Positions 22,963 through 34,785 of a stretch of DNA of 64,000 nt are shown one piece after another. The stretch spans positions 89,840,001 to 89,904,000 of the forward strand of contig CM059432.1 of assembly GCA_030390025.1 (NCBI GenBank). Reading direction: 5' to 3'. Both the position numbers and the translations under genes were made by a program. The notes beneath the pieces were generated by a model. It saw only the letters and a list, made by a program, of their open reading frames with translations. It had not been told where the DNA came from and did not search any database. The DNA comes from Squalus acanthias. Lineage: Eukaryota. The first letter of the stretch is position 1. Every line of letters starts with the position of its first letter.

Positions 22963-23221
22963 TCTAAACCATTATACAATTGCAGGCTGTCTGCCATATT
23001 ACAAGATTTTTTTTTAAGTTATTTCATATTTTATTGATATTTATTCACTTTTGACATCTTATAATAAATGTTCAGAACACCTGATCTTAAAATTTCTGCA
23101 TTATGTTCATGCTACGAATGATTTTGAGTTTCCAGATATTGTAACTAGAATTAAACTATATCTTCATTTTTGGTTATAAACTACAACCTTTCTGTTAACC
23201 CAATCAATTCTGTAGTGGCTA

Positions 23222-23912
23222 ATAGTGCATAGGTCCCTGAAGGTGGCAGGACATATTGAGAGAGTGGCTAGTAAAGCATATGGGATCTTGGATTTCATTA
23301 ATAGAGGTATTGAGTACCAAGGTAGAGAAGTTATGTTGAACCTTTATAAAGTGCTGGTTAGGCCACAACTGGAGTATTGCATCCAGTTCTGGTCACCACA
23401 CTTTAGGAAGGATGTGAAAGCCCTTGAGAGGGTGCAGAGGAGATTTACCAAAATGGTTCCGGGGATGGGGGTCTTAGCTACAAGGACAGGTTGGAGAAGT
23501 TGGATTTGTTTTCATTAGAGCAAAGGAGGTTGAGGGGTGAATTGATAGAGGTGTACAAGATTATGACGGGTTTGGATAGGCTAGACAGGGAAAGGCTGTT
23601 CCCACTAGTTGATGGTACAAGGATATGGGGACACAGATTTAAGGTTTTAGGCAAGAGATACAGGGGGGATGTGAGGGAAAACTTTTTTAGGCAGCGAGTG
23701 GTGAGGACCTGGAACTCGCTGCCGACGGAAGTGGTGGAAGTGGACACACTCAATGTTTTGAAGGGGAGACTGGATAGGCACTTAGGGAAATAAACTTGCA
23801 GGGCTACGGGGATAGAGCGGGGGAATGGGACTGACTGGATTGCTCGACAGAGAGCTGGCATGGACTCGATGGGCCGAATGGCCTCCTTCTGTGCCGTTAT
23901 GACTCTATGACT
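23222..23912 (+). mobile_element. 5'-truncated CR1 LINE
   Basis: LEYCIQFWSP, QRRLRGELIEVYK and WNSLP motifs; tail tatgactctatgact. Confidence 0.92.
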
Positions 23913-23914
23913 AG

Positions 23915-24870
23915 TGCCCATCTAGGCTTGGGCTGATAAGTGGCAGGTAACATTTGTGACAGGCAATAGCCATATCCAACAAGAGAGAGCCTAACCACCT
24001 CCCCCTGACATTCAATGGCAGTACCATTGGTTATTCCTTCACCATCAACATCCTGGGGTTCATCATTGACCAGAAATTCAACTGGAACAGCCACATAAAT
24101 GCTGTAACTAGTAGAGCAGGTCAGAGGCTGGGTATTCTGCACCGCGTGGCTTACTTCCTGATTCCCCAAATCCTCTCTACCATCTACAAGGCACAAGTCA
24201 GGAGTGTGATGGAATACTCTCCACCAATGTTCCCTTTAAGCTATGCAACCATACCATGCTCCAGGGAACCCGTGCAGCCGGCTTGCTGGCTTTTCAATGT
24301 AAAAACTGCGCATGCGCTGTATTTTGAATGGCCCGTGCAGCCCCTTAAAAGGGCCACGCAGGGCCAAACAAAATTACAGGGAACATTGCTCTCCACTTGC
24401 CTAGATGGGTGCAGCAGCAACAACACTTAAGTAGCTCAACACCATCCAGGATAAAGCAACCCACTATATTGGCACCTTTTCCACTAGTCTAAATGTACAC
24501 CTCCTCCTTGGCTACCATGTGTACTAACTACAGGATGCACTACAGAAACTCACCAAGATTTATTCGGCATTTACCTCCCAAACCCACGACTTCCACCACC
24601 TAGAAGGACAAAGGCAACAGGTGCATGGGAACACCATGACCTCCAAGTTCCCCTCCAAGTCACACACCATCCTGACTTGGACATATTTTGCCATTCCTTC
24701 ATCGTCGCTGGGTCAAAATCCTGGAACTGCCTATCTAACAGCATTGTGGGAGCATTCACCACACAGGACTGCAGCGGTTCAAGAAGGTGGCTTTCTCAGA
24801 GCAACTGGGGATGAGCAATACATGCCGGCCTTGCCAGCAATGCCCAGAGCCCAAGAATGTAAAAAAAAAA
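23915..24870 (+). mobile_element. Second non-LTR family 3' part
   Basis: LSTIYKAQVRSVMEYSP and the same 3' end as 21405-21635, with poly(A) at 24861-24870. Confidence 0.85.
24225..24388. mobile_element. hAT-type MITE (164 bp)
   Basis: TIRs CAATGTTCCCT / AGGGAACATTG and a perfect 8-bp TSD CTCTCCAC (24217-24224, 24389-24396). Confidence 0.92.
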
Positions 24871-25279
24871 TTATAATAGCAGACATTTTTTTTAATTACT
24901 TTGAAATATATATTCACTGGCCTTAAAAATATTTGTAGTTATAGAACATTACTTCTATCTAGGTTGTACAAAAATGACAATCAATATTTTTATATATGAA
25001 TAACTGTCTAGGATTAAAATGTAATACTATTTTTAAAGTTTTTTTTAAATACAAAAAAAGGCTTGGGTTTCAAAGTGTGCTGTGCAGTTGCAGCCAATGG
25101 CTGGCTAGCTGTGCAGATTGGCACTTTGTTCAGAGCTCGGAATCTTGCCTTGATGGTTGCCGTGGCATCAACCGTTGACCTGTGTGCCGCTATCCAATCA
25201 GCGAGGGGTTGCCTAATCGACAATTTTGCGCGGGAAGAGGCAGTCCCTCCTCGTGCTTTCAGTCTGTCTGCATGGGGGA

Positions 25280-26660
25280 AAGTGAGAACAATTTAGGCCT
25301 AGAGAGTATTACAAGGGAGAATGAAAGTAAGACAAGTGCAGGGAGTGATTGAGAGAGATGCAGGAAAGAGTGAAAATGCACAGAAAAGAAAGCAAGAAAT
25401 GCAGAAGGAACGTGAATAAATGCCGAGAGAAAGTGATAAAAAGGAGAAAGGGAGAAAAAACGGTGAAAGAGAAAAATGCAAGTTCGCAATAGGGTGAAAA
25501 TGTTGGAAGAGAAGTGTAAGTGAAATTTAGAGAAAATTGGAAGTTAGAGAAAATGCAGTGAGAAACTGAGAGTAAGTGAGAAATTACAGCTGGAAGCAAG
25601 TGAGAAATAGAATGAGAAAATAGAATGACAATGTTAGTATAAATGGAGAGAAAACTGGGAAAATGATAAAATACAAGGGGAAAGAAAAAGTGAGGGAGAG
25701 ACCGATATAGAAGGTGAGGAAATAAAGGAAGAGAAACAGAAAGTGAAAATGGAAGGAAAGAGAAACAGTAGAAACAGTGAACCTGTCACAAGAGATTATA
25801 ACAATGCACTTAGAAACAACATGAGAAAATGCAGGAGGAAGGAAAGGCATGACAAAGTGATAAAATGTAGAAACAAAGAGAAAATAGAAAGAAAGTGAGA
25901 AGAACAGAAAGAAAGTCAACAAGGAAGTGTGAGAACGTGAGAAAAATACAGGGAAGACACCGCTACGGATGCACAGTGGAGGAAGAGGCACAGTAGAAGA
26001 GGTACAAAGGAGGAGAAAGTGACAACAACGCAGGGAGAGAGATTGGGAGGACTTCAATATTGGGAGAGAGAAAAGAACGAGGACGAGAGATAGGACAGGG
26101 ATGGGAGAGCGGAGAAAAGAAGAACAGATAGGAAACCGAATGAGAAAAATAAGGAGGGATGGAGAATGAGAAAAGAGGAAGGATGGAAAGATGAAGGAAA
26201 CATCAAAGGGAAGTGACAGATTCGTGGAAGACGGGGAGAGAGGAAGTTCGAGGGACGTTATGGTCTAAATCGGGGAAAGAAAATGAAAATAAAGTAATAA
26301 ATAGAGGGGAGGTGAACATAAATAAAATTACGACAGGAAAGTGTAAAAGTCGAGTAAGGGGTAAATGAAGGGAATATTGCGTCGGGGTCTAATTACGGGG
26401 TAACTAAGAATAAATCCTGAAGAGATGGGAGCATGACAGAAAATTAAATTGAATGATAAAAAATAAAAATGCGAAAGGAAAGCCAGTGGAAAACGAATGA
26501 AATGAAGAGAGCCCGGGAGGAGGAAGAAGAATATGAAAGGGAACAGAAAAGAGTTTAAGGATGAAAGACGGGAGGAGGTGGACAAAAAGGGAGGCTGCTG
26601 ATTTTAAAAAAACACACACACAAAAGAGTGAGAAAAAGGAAAAGGGGAGAGTGAGAAAGA
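25280..26660 (+). repeat. Low-complexity polypurine (A/G-rich) tract of about 1.4 kb
   Basis: Strongly A+G-biased top strand with no fixed period. Confidence 0.9.
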
Positions 26661-29600
26661 TCAGAGCGGCAGCATTTCAGTCACCAAGTCAAGCGTTAAG
26701 GAGCGTGTACTTAAACATTTCCTAACCACTCAATTTTCATCGACCAACCACTGTATTTAGTATTCTCCCCTAGTCGGTACAAACACGCCTCACTAAGTAC
26801 TTTAGAGGCAATTTCATCGATTTTCTTTAACAAATAAAAATAACGATTGTACAGCAACAGTTCGAATTTACATTGTCAGAATTTGATAGTCGCCATTTAG
26901 TGGAATTTTTGAAGAAAAAAATGGAGATCTGAAACAACAGTGTTGTGGAGCCTAACATAGACGTGGGTAAAGCGGGGATTAGCATGATCCTGCAGAGCAA
27001 ATATAAATCTGATATGTGTCTCCATTTCATCACAGAACATTGTTCAAAGGTGTTTAGTGAGCGTTTATAGTCTTATAGAATCCAGGGTGCTAAAATATCG
27101 TGGTAACAGTTATTTTTTAAAACATTTATACCACTGTACAAATTAAACTCTGCTGTTTATAGGAGGTTGTCATTCAATTGTGGATCATATTACAAAAAAC
27201 ACACAAACGAAAACAATGCTTTGTGCATTGTTTTTAGCACACAATGCGAAATGGGTAATTTATTTCTGTTTAATTTTGAAACGTTTTAAGAGTGCCAGAA
27301 ATGCAAAATCGGGCATTTAAAATATTGGGATATGAATTATTTAAATAGGCAGTATTTGTAAAAACAAGATCGTAAATATATGCTGTACTTGTGGAGTTTA
27401 TGATAAATATAAGTTAATTACACTCCTTTGATCAATAGACTAAGCCAAATATTGTATTTGTTTCTTTTTCACATGAAATAACCCTTTTTTCGTTGTGGGC
27501 GGAAATGTTTGATTGTAAATGATATGTCACATTTAAACGCTTTGATAGATTTCCGTTTATCGAATCGATCCAAGACGAGATCAATCGGATAACGGTAGTG
27601 TTTTACATAGGGTACATCTAGTCTATATTACTCGATTATAGATTATTTAACGATTTGGTGGTGTGATAATTTAATTTGTTTTCTTTCGAGATCTCAGGAA
27701 ATCTGAAGTATGTGTTGTCAGATATTAAAAATGCTGAAAAGGTTTTACAGTGATCAACAAAAATATAAAGTGATACTAAATGTAGAATGATCAATGTACT
27801 AATTTATATCTGCTGTGAATTAGACGCGGGTAAGTGCAATCCTTGGGTTCCATGCAAAATCGCTGGAAATATAGGCGTGAATTATTTGCGTTATAAAATA
27901 TGATTGCGGAATATTAAATTAAAGTCAGATAAGTCCGCATTGAGAGAGGCAGCACTCAGTCCCGAATTTATTTATCACAGTTTTCTACTGGGCCTGCTGC
28001 GCTGGACACTTTGGGGATGACAACCTTTCAAATCCGTGGGTTTTTGCAAACGTTTTTAGTTCGTTTTAAATGAGGGTGTCCGAGAAAGAAGTGATCGATA
28101 AAACTCCTGAGGTAAAAAAAATACTTTTTTCTTCAAATTATCTTTTGTTTTCTATGCTTCTAACAAAAGTTGAACAATTTATGGTTTGAAAATGTTACAT
28201 TATATAAGTATTCATTATTGCGCGTCTTGTGTGTTGGGTGGTATGAATTATCCAGGATAGAAAGTGAAATTTCTGTTGTTAAGTGATAGGAAATGGTGTA
28301 TATATTTCTGTGTTTATAAACAATGGGCCGAACCCGGGAGGAGATGATGGTCAGCCTGCTGTCAAAGTGATGACCTTTTAAGCCCCAGAGGGCGCCAGGC
28401 GTGTTCATCGTATACATTTCCCTTCAACAGAGAGAGAGAAAAAAGATCTGCCACTTTGTGTACAAAATAAATCCCTAAAATCAAATTACAAAGATCTATA
28501 GAATAAAGGATTGATAGAGCTGGAGATGAAACACAGGTAATGCACGAACTACTTTTTAACGTGTTAAAATTTGTATCTAAATGGAATCCTGAAATGACTA
28601 TAACACTTTATATTTAAAAAAATGTTATAAGAATGCGTTCTTTCAAACGGAATTAGTGGATTGAATCGTGGATCGTGTGCGATAATACCGAGAAATTTAA
28701 GAAGCGCGTTTTAGCCAGTGAGAATGTTTTAGATTTAAATGGATTTGGAAAGTAAAACATTTATTATAGAATAGCCGTTACTACACTAAGCAAAGTGTTT
28801 ATTATTGCAAAAGTTTTACTCTTGTGTGGCATTTTTCTGTTTTTCATAGGATCAACAAAGTCTAGCAGGTTGAACCGTAACTTAAAGACTAAATAAGTTT
28901 GTTGTTGGAAGTTCAAGCCAATCAATATATCTTTATCGTTGATATGGAAAATCGTTTTGTCTTAGTACAACATTCTTAGCTTTATCCACTGAGTGTAGGA
29001 AAATATAGTTTTGTATATTGTCCATTGCGGATCAGCAATGTATGGATTGTTATCGGCTTTTGAACAAGGTACTGAGGTTTAAAAAAATAGTTAACACAGC
29101 GCCTTTGGCAAATAGCCCCCGGGGGGAGTGAGGGTTATCGAGGTGTCTGGAGCACGGGTCCCTAACATTTAAGCAGTGCTGATGGGTTGGTGTGGAGCGA
29201 TCAGCGAGTCCCACAGAGAGAGGCGATGTGATAGACAAGGGGAGAGATCAAGAAGGCGAATTGAGGGCTACTGGCGGCCACCGTACACAGAGACCCTGAT
29301 AGAGACCTCAGTACACAACAGCATGGAACAGAAAGAGGGAGGAATAGAGTGCGAGAGAAATGGACAGAGAGAAACATGTGCTACTACAGTTCTACTCTAT
29401 CTCACCCAGCCTTATCATATCCTCTAACCTAGCTCTGAATAAAGTGCCTTCGATTTTCCCCCAGATAAGTGGTGATCTCCTGATTTTCTCATAACGATTA
29501 ACATCCTTAGTGTCTTATTCGATAGCGACTATTAAGGGTGAGGGACAGAAGAGAACAAAATAAAAGGTAGGGTTTGCCAGCTGTTAAGACCTATCTGAAA

Positions 29601-30370
29601 CAAAATCAGCCCCCGCGACAGCCACGCGTTATTTCAGTTTAAATACAATCAGGGATATAGACACAAACATTAAAATAGAGGAAAATTGTAATTTAGATTG
29701 CTGTTGCAAAGTCACGTCAGTAGATCAGATATCAACGCAATCAATACAGGTAGTGTTTCATTGAAAAGAAGCGATTAGTGTGAAAGCGACGAGGCTGGGT
29801 TTTTGATTTTTTAACCTTATTCGGCTCTTGGGGTTATTTGTCCTCGTATTTTTTAGTTTTTGATTTGAATGTCCTGATTATATATTTTTAAAAAGCCAAG
29901 CGAAACGGTATTATTTAGGATCGCATGCGCGAATTATTTTCTACACATTTTTCCTGGAAGTAGTTTTTATTTTAATTTCCATCATTAAAAAAATCTCCCG
30001 TTTTCAAGCAAGAATCTCGCTTTTTTGTGAGTTGAAGACTTTTCGCCTTCGCTCTTCCCTTACTTTCAACTATTCAAATTGCTTCTCATTGTATTTACAC
30101 AGCGGCTACACGCGCACACAGACAGTCACATACTTTTAAAAAAATGATCCCGGTGTATACAGTCAGGATCCCCCCCCACCCCCCACCCCCCAGTGTACGG
30201 ACGTAGACCTTTGTATATTATGTGACTTTTTTTGTTTCGTTTTGGTGAATCCGCTTTCTGAGTTTGTGGGAATGAGCGTGTGTGTGTGGGAGCATTAATC
30301 GCCCCAGTGCTGTAATTGTGTTTTTTTCTCTTTCTCGCTAGTGTTAAATCAGAGAAAGATTATTAAACCC

Positions 30371-30525
30371 TGTGTGTGTGTGTGTGTGTGTCTTTGTCTT
30401 TGTACTGATGCGGGACCGGGAGCTGTGTGGTGTTGTGCCCTGTCCCTGTCTTTCTCTGTGTCTCTGTGACTGACTCTCTCTCCCGTTCTCTCTGTGGCTC
30501 TGTGTGTGTCTGAGTGTCTGTTGTG
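30371..30525. repeat. (TG)n and TC/TG compound microsatellite
   Basis: Seen directly. Confidence 0.9.
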
Positions 30526-30559
30526 GGTCATGTTTATGACTTTTCCATTATCGGCCACC

Positions 30560-30951
30560 GTGGCTTCAACTTCAAAGCGTCAAGTCCAATCTTTTGAATG
30601 TTGATCACCTCACTAATTACACCTTCCCGTCGTGCATCGGTAATGAAGACACATGCGCACTCAACTTAATCAGCCATTTTTTACAGGGCAAAATAATTAG
30701 CAGAATAAAGATATATCGGATTTTCATTTCCAGTTTCCCTTTTCCGTTTGCGGTCGCACGCTGACGAGAGTGCTTACACAGCCGGGCCCAAAGGACCGCT
30801 TCACCTCCGATTTGCTTCTGGCCCGGGATCCTTTTTATTTTAAAAACAATCGGGGGGCCAGTGGATGTGACAATAATTAATGTCATTATAAAAAAAATAA
30901 AGAAGAAGAAGAGGCTGCGAGGGAAAATAGTAAGTTGCACTTTATTAAGCG
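30560..30951 (+). other. zfhx4: Putative non-coding exon 1 of zfhx4 (5' boundary uncertain)
   Basis: Lies within the CpG-rich region and ends at candidate donors ATA|gtaagt (after 30929) or GCG|gtaagc (after 30951). No transcript evidence available. Confidence 0.45.
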
Positions 30952-31821
30952 GTAAGCCAGTATTATATCGGAAACACAATGAGCCGCGTTATCGATTCGC
31001 ACTCTTTATCATTACAGACTTGGCTGGATTTTTTTTCTCGCAAAACATAAAAAAAATGGAATTGTTTCTAAATGCGATTTAAATAGGATTTGTTCTCTCT
31101 CTTGGAGAAATCGGGTACCTGGTGTTTACACAAGTGCGATCGTGGGACTTTTAGGACATGTAGATACACATCAGAGACAGATCGGGCTGTCAGATTGCCT
31201 CGCCTCCCAGTGAAACTACTTCCAGACACAACTTGCTCATTCTTTTGGGGGTCTCGAAAGAAGCAGTTTCTGTTCCGAGACAGAGAGACAGAAAAGGTGG
31301 CGACGCTGTCCAAGCCCCGCACTTTTCTGTCCTCCAGCGCTCAACTGTTCACTTTACTCCTGCCGCCTTTCAAAAGGAGCCGGTTTCCAGTTGCAATTAT
31401 AACAACCACCGAGTTAGTTCTTTTTTAAAAACAAATAATTTGTACAAAAATTGTTGCCTTTTTAACCAACGGCGACCATCAACCTCCAGGACCCCCCCCC
31501 CCCCCAACCACCTTTACTAAAATAATAATTCTCGGGATTTTTAAACATTCTTTCCGAGAGGAACGACCCCCAACTTAAACAGCATTTAGTTTTCTGTCTT
31601 CTTTTGTTGTTTTTTTTTACCTGGCAGTATGTGGGCCGGCTGCTGGATGGCTGAGGGAGCAGGCAGCTCGGCCGGATTGAACTCCTGCATCAGCCTGGGT
31701 CGGAAGGCAGCGGCAGCAGCAGGTTGTGTTTATTGCAGGGTGATGCTCTCGGGGCGATCAGACTCATGGTGATGATGATGAACTTGAAGGCAGACACGCT
31801 CCCCTGGTCTCTGGATCAGCC

Positions 31822-31880
31822 TGTGTGTGTGTGTGTGTGTGTGTGTGTCTGTCTCTTACTCTCTCTCTCTCTGTGTCTGT
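31822..31880. repeat. (TG)n(TC)n microsatellite
   Basis: Seen directly. Confidence 0.9.
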
Positions 31881-34752
31881 TTCCATGAGCAGCTGCTGCT
31901 GTTTCTGTCAAAAGCCGAGCTAAACTCTTCGTCCCCAATTTGTATCGCACATTATCCGTTTCGACTCATCCCTGTATGTCTCTAAGTATCTTTTCTAACA
32001 CGATTCGGAGCTCCAGACAGCTAAATCCGCGCCTCAACTCCCTTTGCCTTAACTCCGCTGTGTTCTGTATTTTTTGATTATTATTGAAGCTCGTATATAG
32101 TAGCCCTGCCTTTTCGTTCGGGGCAGACTTCTGCGATTGGGACACGACAGTGACACGGGGATCGATCGTTTAAACTCAGAGCAAAGGCTGGGTATGTAAC
32201 GCACTCTCTCCCCTTCATCACTCCAGCAGCAACTGTGGGCACAAACAAAAAAACCCACACGGAATCTAGGCTAAAAATAGAAAGGTTCAGAAATAGCATA
32301 GGTATAGAAACGTCGCGTGGAAACGTCTAATTTCCAAGTTCCCGAAGAATTGTTTACAATTTTTGATACGAAAGGGCTCAATTATCTAAAACCGTCACCA
32401 TCAGAAATAAACACTTTCACTTTTTTCCCAAAAATGTCTATAAAGGTCTAAAAGGAAACAAAATACATACAGTGCGGCTTAGACTGGCGAGTTGATCTGC
32501 GATACAATCTTTTCTGTACTTCTAAAAGGTACATCCAATGGATTTTGCAGTGACTGTAAATGCATATCTATATAGACACAGGTACATATGGATTATGTAT
32601 ATGAACACAGGGACACATAGCGACAGAGGTATTTCGTGCGAATCGTTCTTTGTTTTCCGTCTTTTCTTTTTCTCTTGGACGACACTGAGGTTATTTTTCA
32701 GTAATGAACGGTGCCAAATGCTAACATATTAAATTCGTTTTACACACCAATAGAGACATTTTGGTTGATATAATAAGGTTTTGTTTTTGTTCTAAGATTA
32801 TTTAGTCAATGGCCTTAATAAAATCTTTGAGGCTAGTAACAATAGTTGCAAATACAGTAGGTTAACTTATTAAACGTTGTTCATTTTGGAATGATTAAGA
32901 ATGAGATTTGTATAGATTATTATCATGCAGTACTGTCATTGACGTTTGCCATGTTTCATCCACAATTAAATTAGAACCTTATCCGCTCAGATTGTGCAGT
33001 TAAGCGTTTTACAAAATGGTGCAAGAAACGTCTGTTTTTATGCAATAATTTTCTTTAATTTTGTATTGATATTCTTAAAAACCTTATGTTGCAAAATGGC
33101 TAATCAAATAAAAAGGGCTGGGTGAATCAGTTCATATATTCTGCAATATTCTCTTGGCACTTTAACCATAAGCTAAAACTTACACAGTGAAATTAGATTA
33201 TCCACAATAACAATATTATAGCCTGCATTGGATGGAAGCAGAACTGAGGTGGCTTTGTTGATTGCAAGGGTTTAATGTTGCATTTCAGAATCTGATGTGG
33301 TTTAGCCTCCCTTCCATTAACTGGAAAAACCCCTGAGGTTTTACAATTATTTCTTAAAGATAATACATTTAACATGGAATTGGTAGGCAGAGGAAAACTC
33401 ATAAAGGCAAGAAGGAAAGCCCTTAATAACTCTTGAGATTCAGACATGTTCAGCAGTAAGATTGGTTCTGACTTCACCGAGGGTCGACAATGTGTCATTT
33501 CCATGAAGCCAAATTGCCCTCACCCTATATGATATTAATGTGCAAATCAATATTTCAGGGATTAAATTTCCCTTCTTCATTTTTTATGGTTTCTACCTCA
33601 ATAAGTCTCAAGTCTATTAGAAGAGGCTTAGTGATTTAAAATCCTTCACTGCAGAACGGCTTGTTGCAACCTTTTATTCCCATCTCTTTCTTTTCTAAAG
33701 CTTGAAACATTGAAGGTGTCCCAAGGAATCTGGTAGTCTCTGTCAGCACATGCTCAGTTGTGCATTTGACCTGTGATAAGTTAAAGGCCTGAGAAAGCCA
33801 GATTCATACCGTTGGTTGTTGCCTAAAATATTGTGCTAATCATATATCGATTTATGTTCTAAATCATAATTATGCTTTCATTTTAATAGTGGAAGCCAAA
33901 TTATTTGGTGACTATTCAAGACAATTGTCAACTAATTTGATGATAAAACCCTGCAGAGTAGGAAATACAGTATATAGTTTACAAAAAGAATTTCGACAAC
34001 AATAAGATAAAAATGTTCAAAAGTTAACTAGCTTGTTATAAGAATTTTAATTTCAAAGTTCAGCGGCATAATTGATTAGCACACAATAATTTGTTTTCTT
34101 TGAAGTGATGTATTCTCAGTCTTTTAGTATTTTCCCTTAGATTTTCCACTCAAAATCCATGTTTATGATTGCGTACGTTATCACTAGGAAGTTGCTGCTG
34201 ACGTGAAAGTGACGCCATCAAACTTATTAAGAGTTAGCAGCATATCTGCTAGTTGCTATTGTTTGTGTCAGATCTATAAATAGCGTGAATATATTTAGTG
34301 ACACTGGGTCTTCATATTTCTATCACCAAGTGAAGTTGTGGTGCTAGGTTATTGACAGGTAAAAGCTGGCAACATAGTCAGGCTACCGTAGTGCAACGTG
34401 ACGATGCTGTTAATTTTAAAACAATTTTTGTGCATATTGAAACAGTCAGCAAACTGCTGTTAGATTTAGTGAAAAGATTTACTACCAAAAATACAAAAAA
34501 AGTTTTGTAAAGTCAAAACGTAGGTTAAAATGTAACTACGGGACCAATGTAGCTTTTACGGATATGTTAGCCTGTTGTAGTTAAAATTGTTAAAGTCTCT
34601 TGAGTCAGTACATTATTTAGCAGTCTGGAATTTTGAATGCAATAAATATATATAAAATAGCAAAACTGAAACCAAATAGCAAAATTACACAACCAAAACA
34701 TTTCCGATTCTAACCTAAAAACTCTACCTTATTTATTGTGCATGATTTTGTG

Positions 34753-34761
<9 letters not shown>

Positions 34762-34785
<24 letters not shown>
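34762..34785. repeat. (TG)n microsatellite
   Basis: Seen directly. Confidence 0.9.

Larger units (their letters stand above)
29050..32350 (+). promoter_or_regulatory. zfhx4: CpG-enriched promoter region of zfhx4
   Basis: Visibly higher CpG density than the flanks, no recognisable transposons, GC-rich patches and TG/TC microsatellites, about 24 kb upstream of the first coding exon, which has only a short UTR and so needs an upstream exon. Confidence 0.65.

Noticed and set aside
25259..26619. Several Phe/Leu/Ser-rich minus-strand ORFs resembling membrane proteins
   Set aside because: Artefacts of the polypurine tract, whose pyrimidine strand is poor in stop codons.
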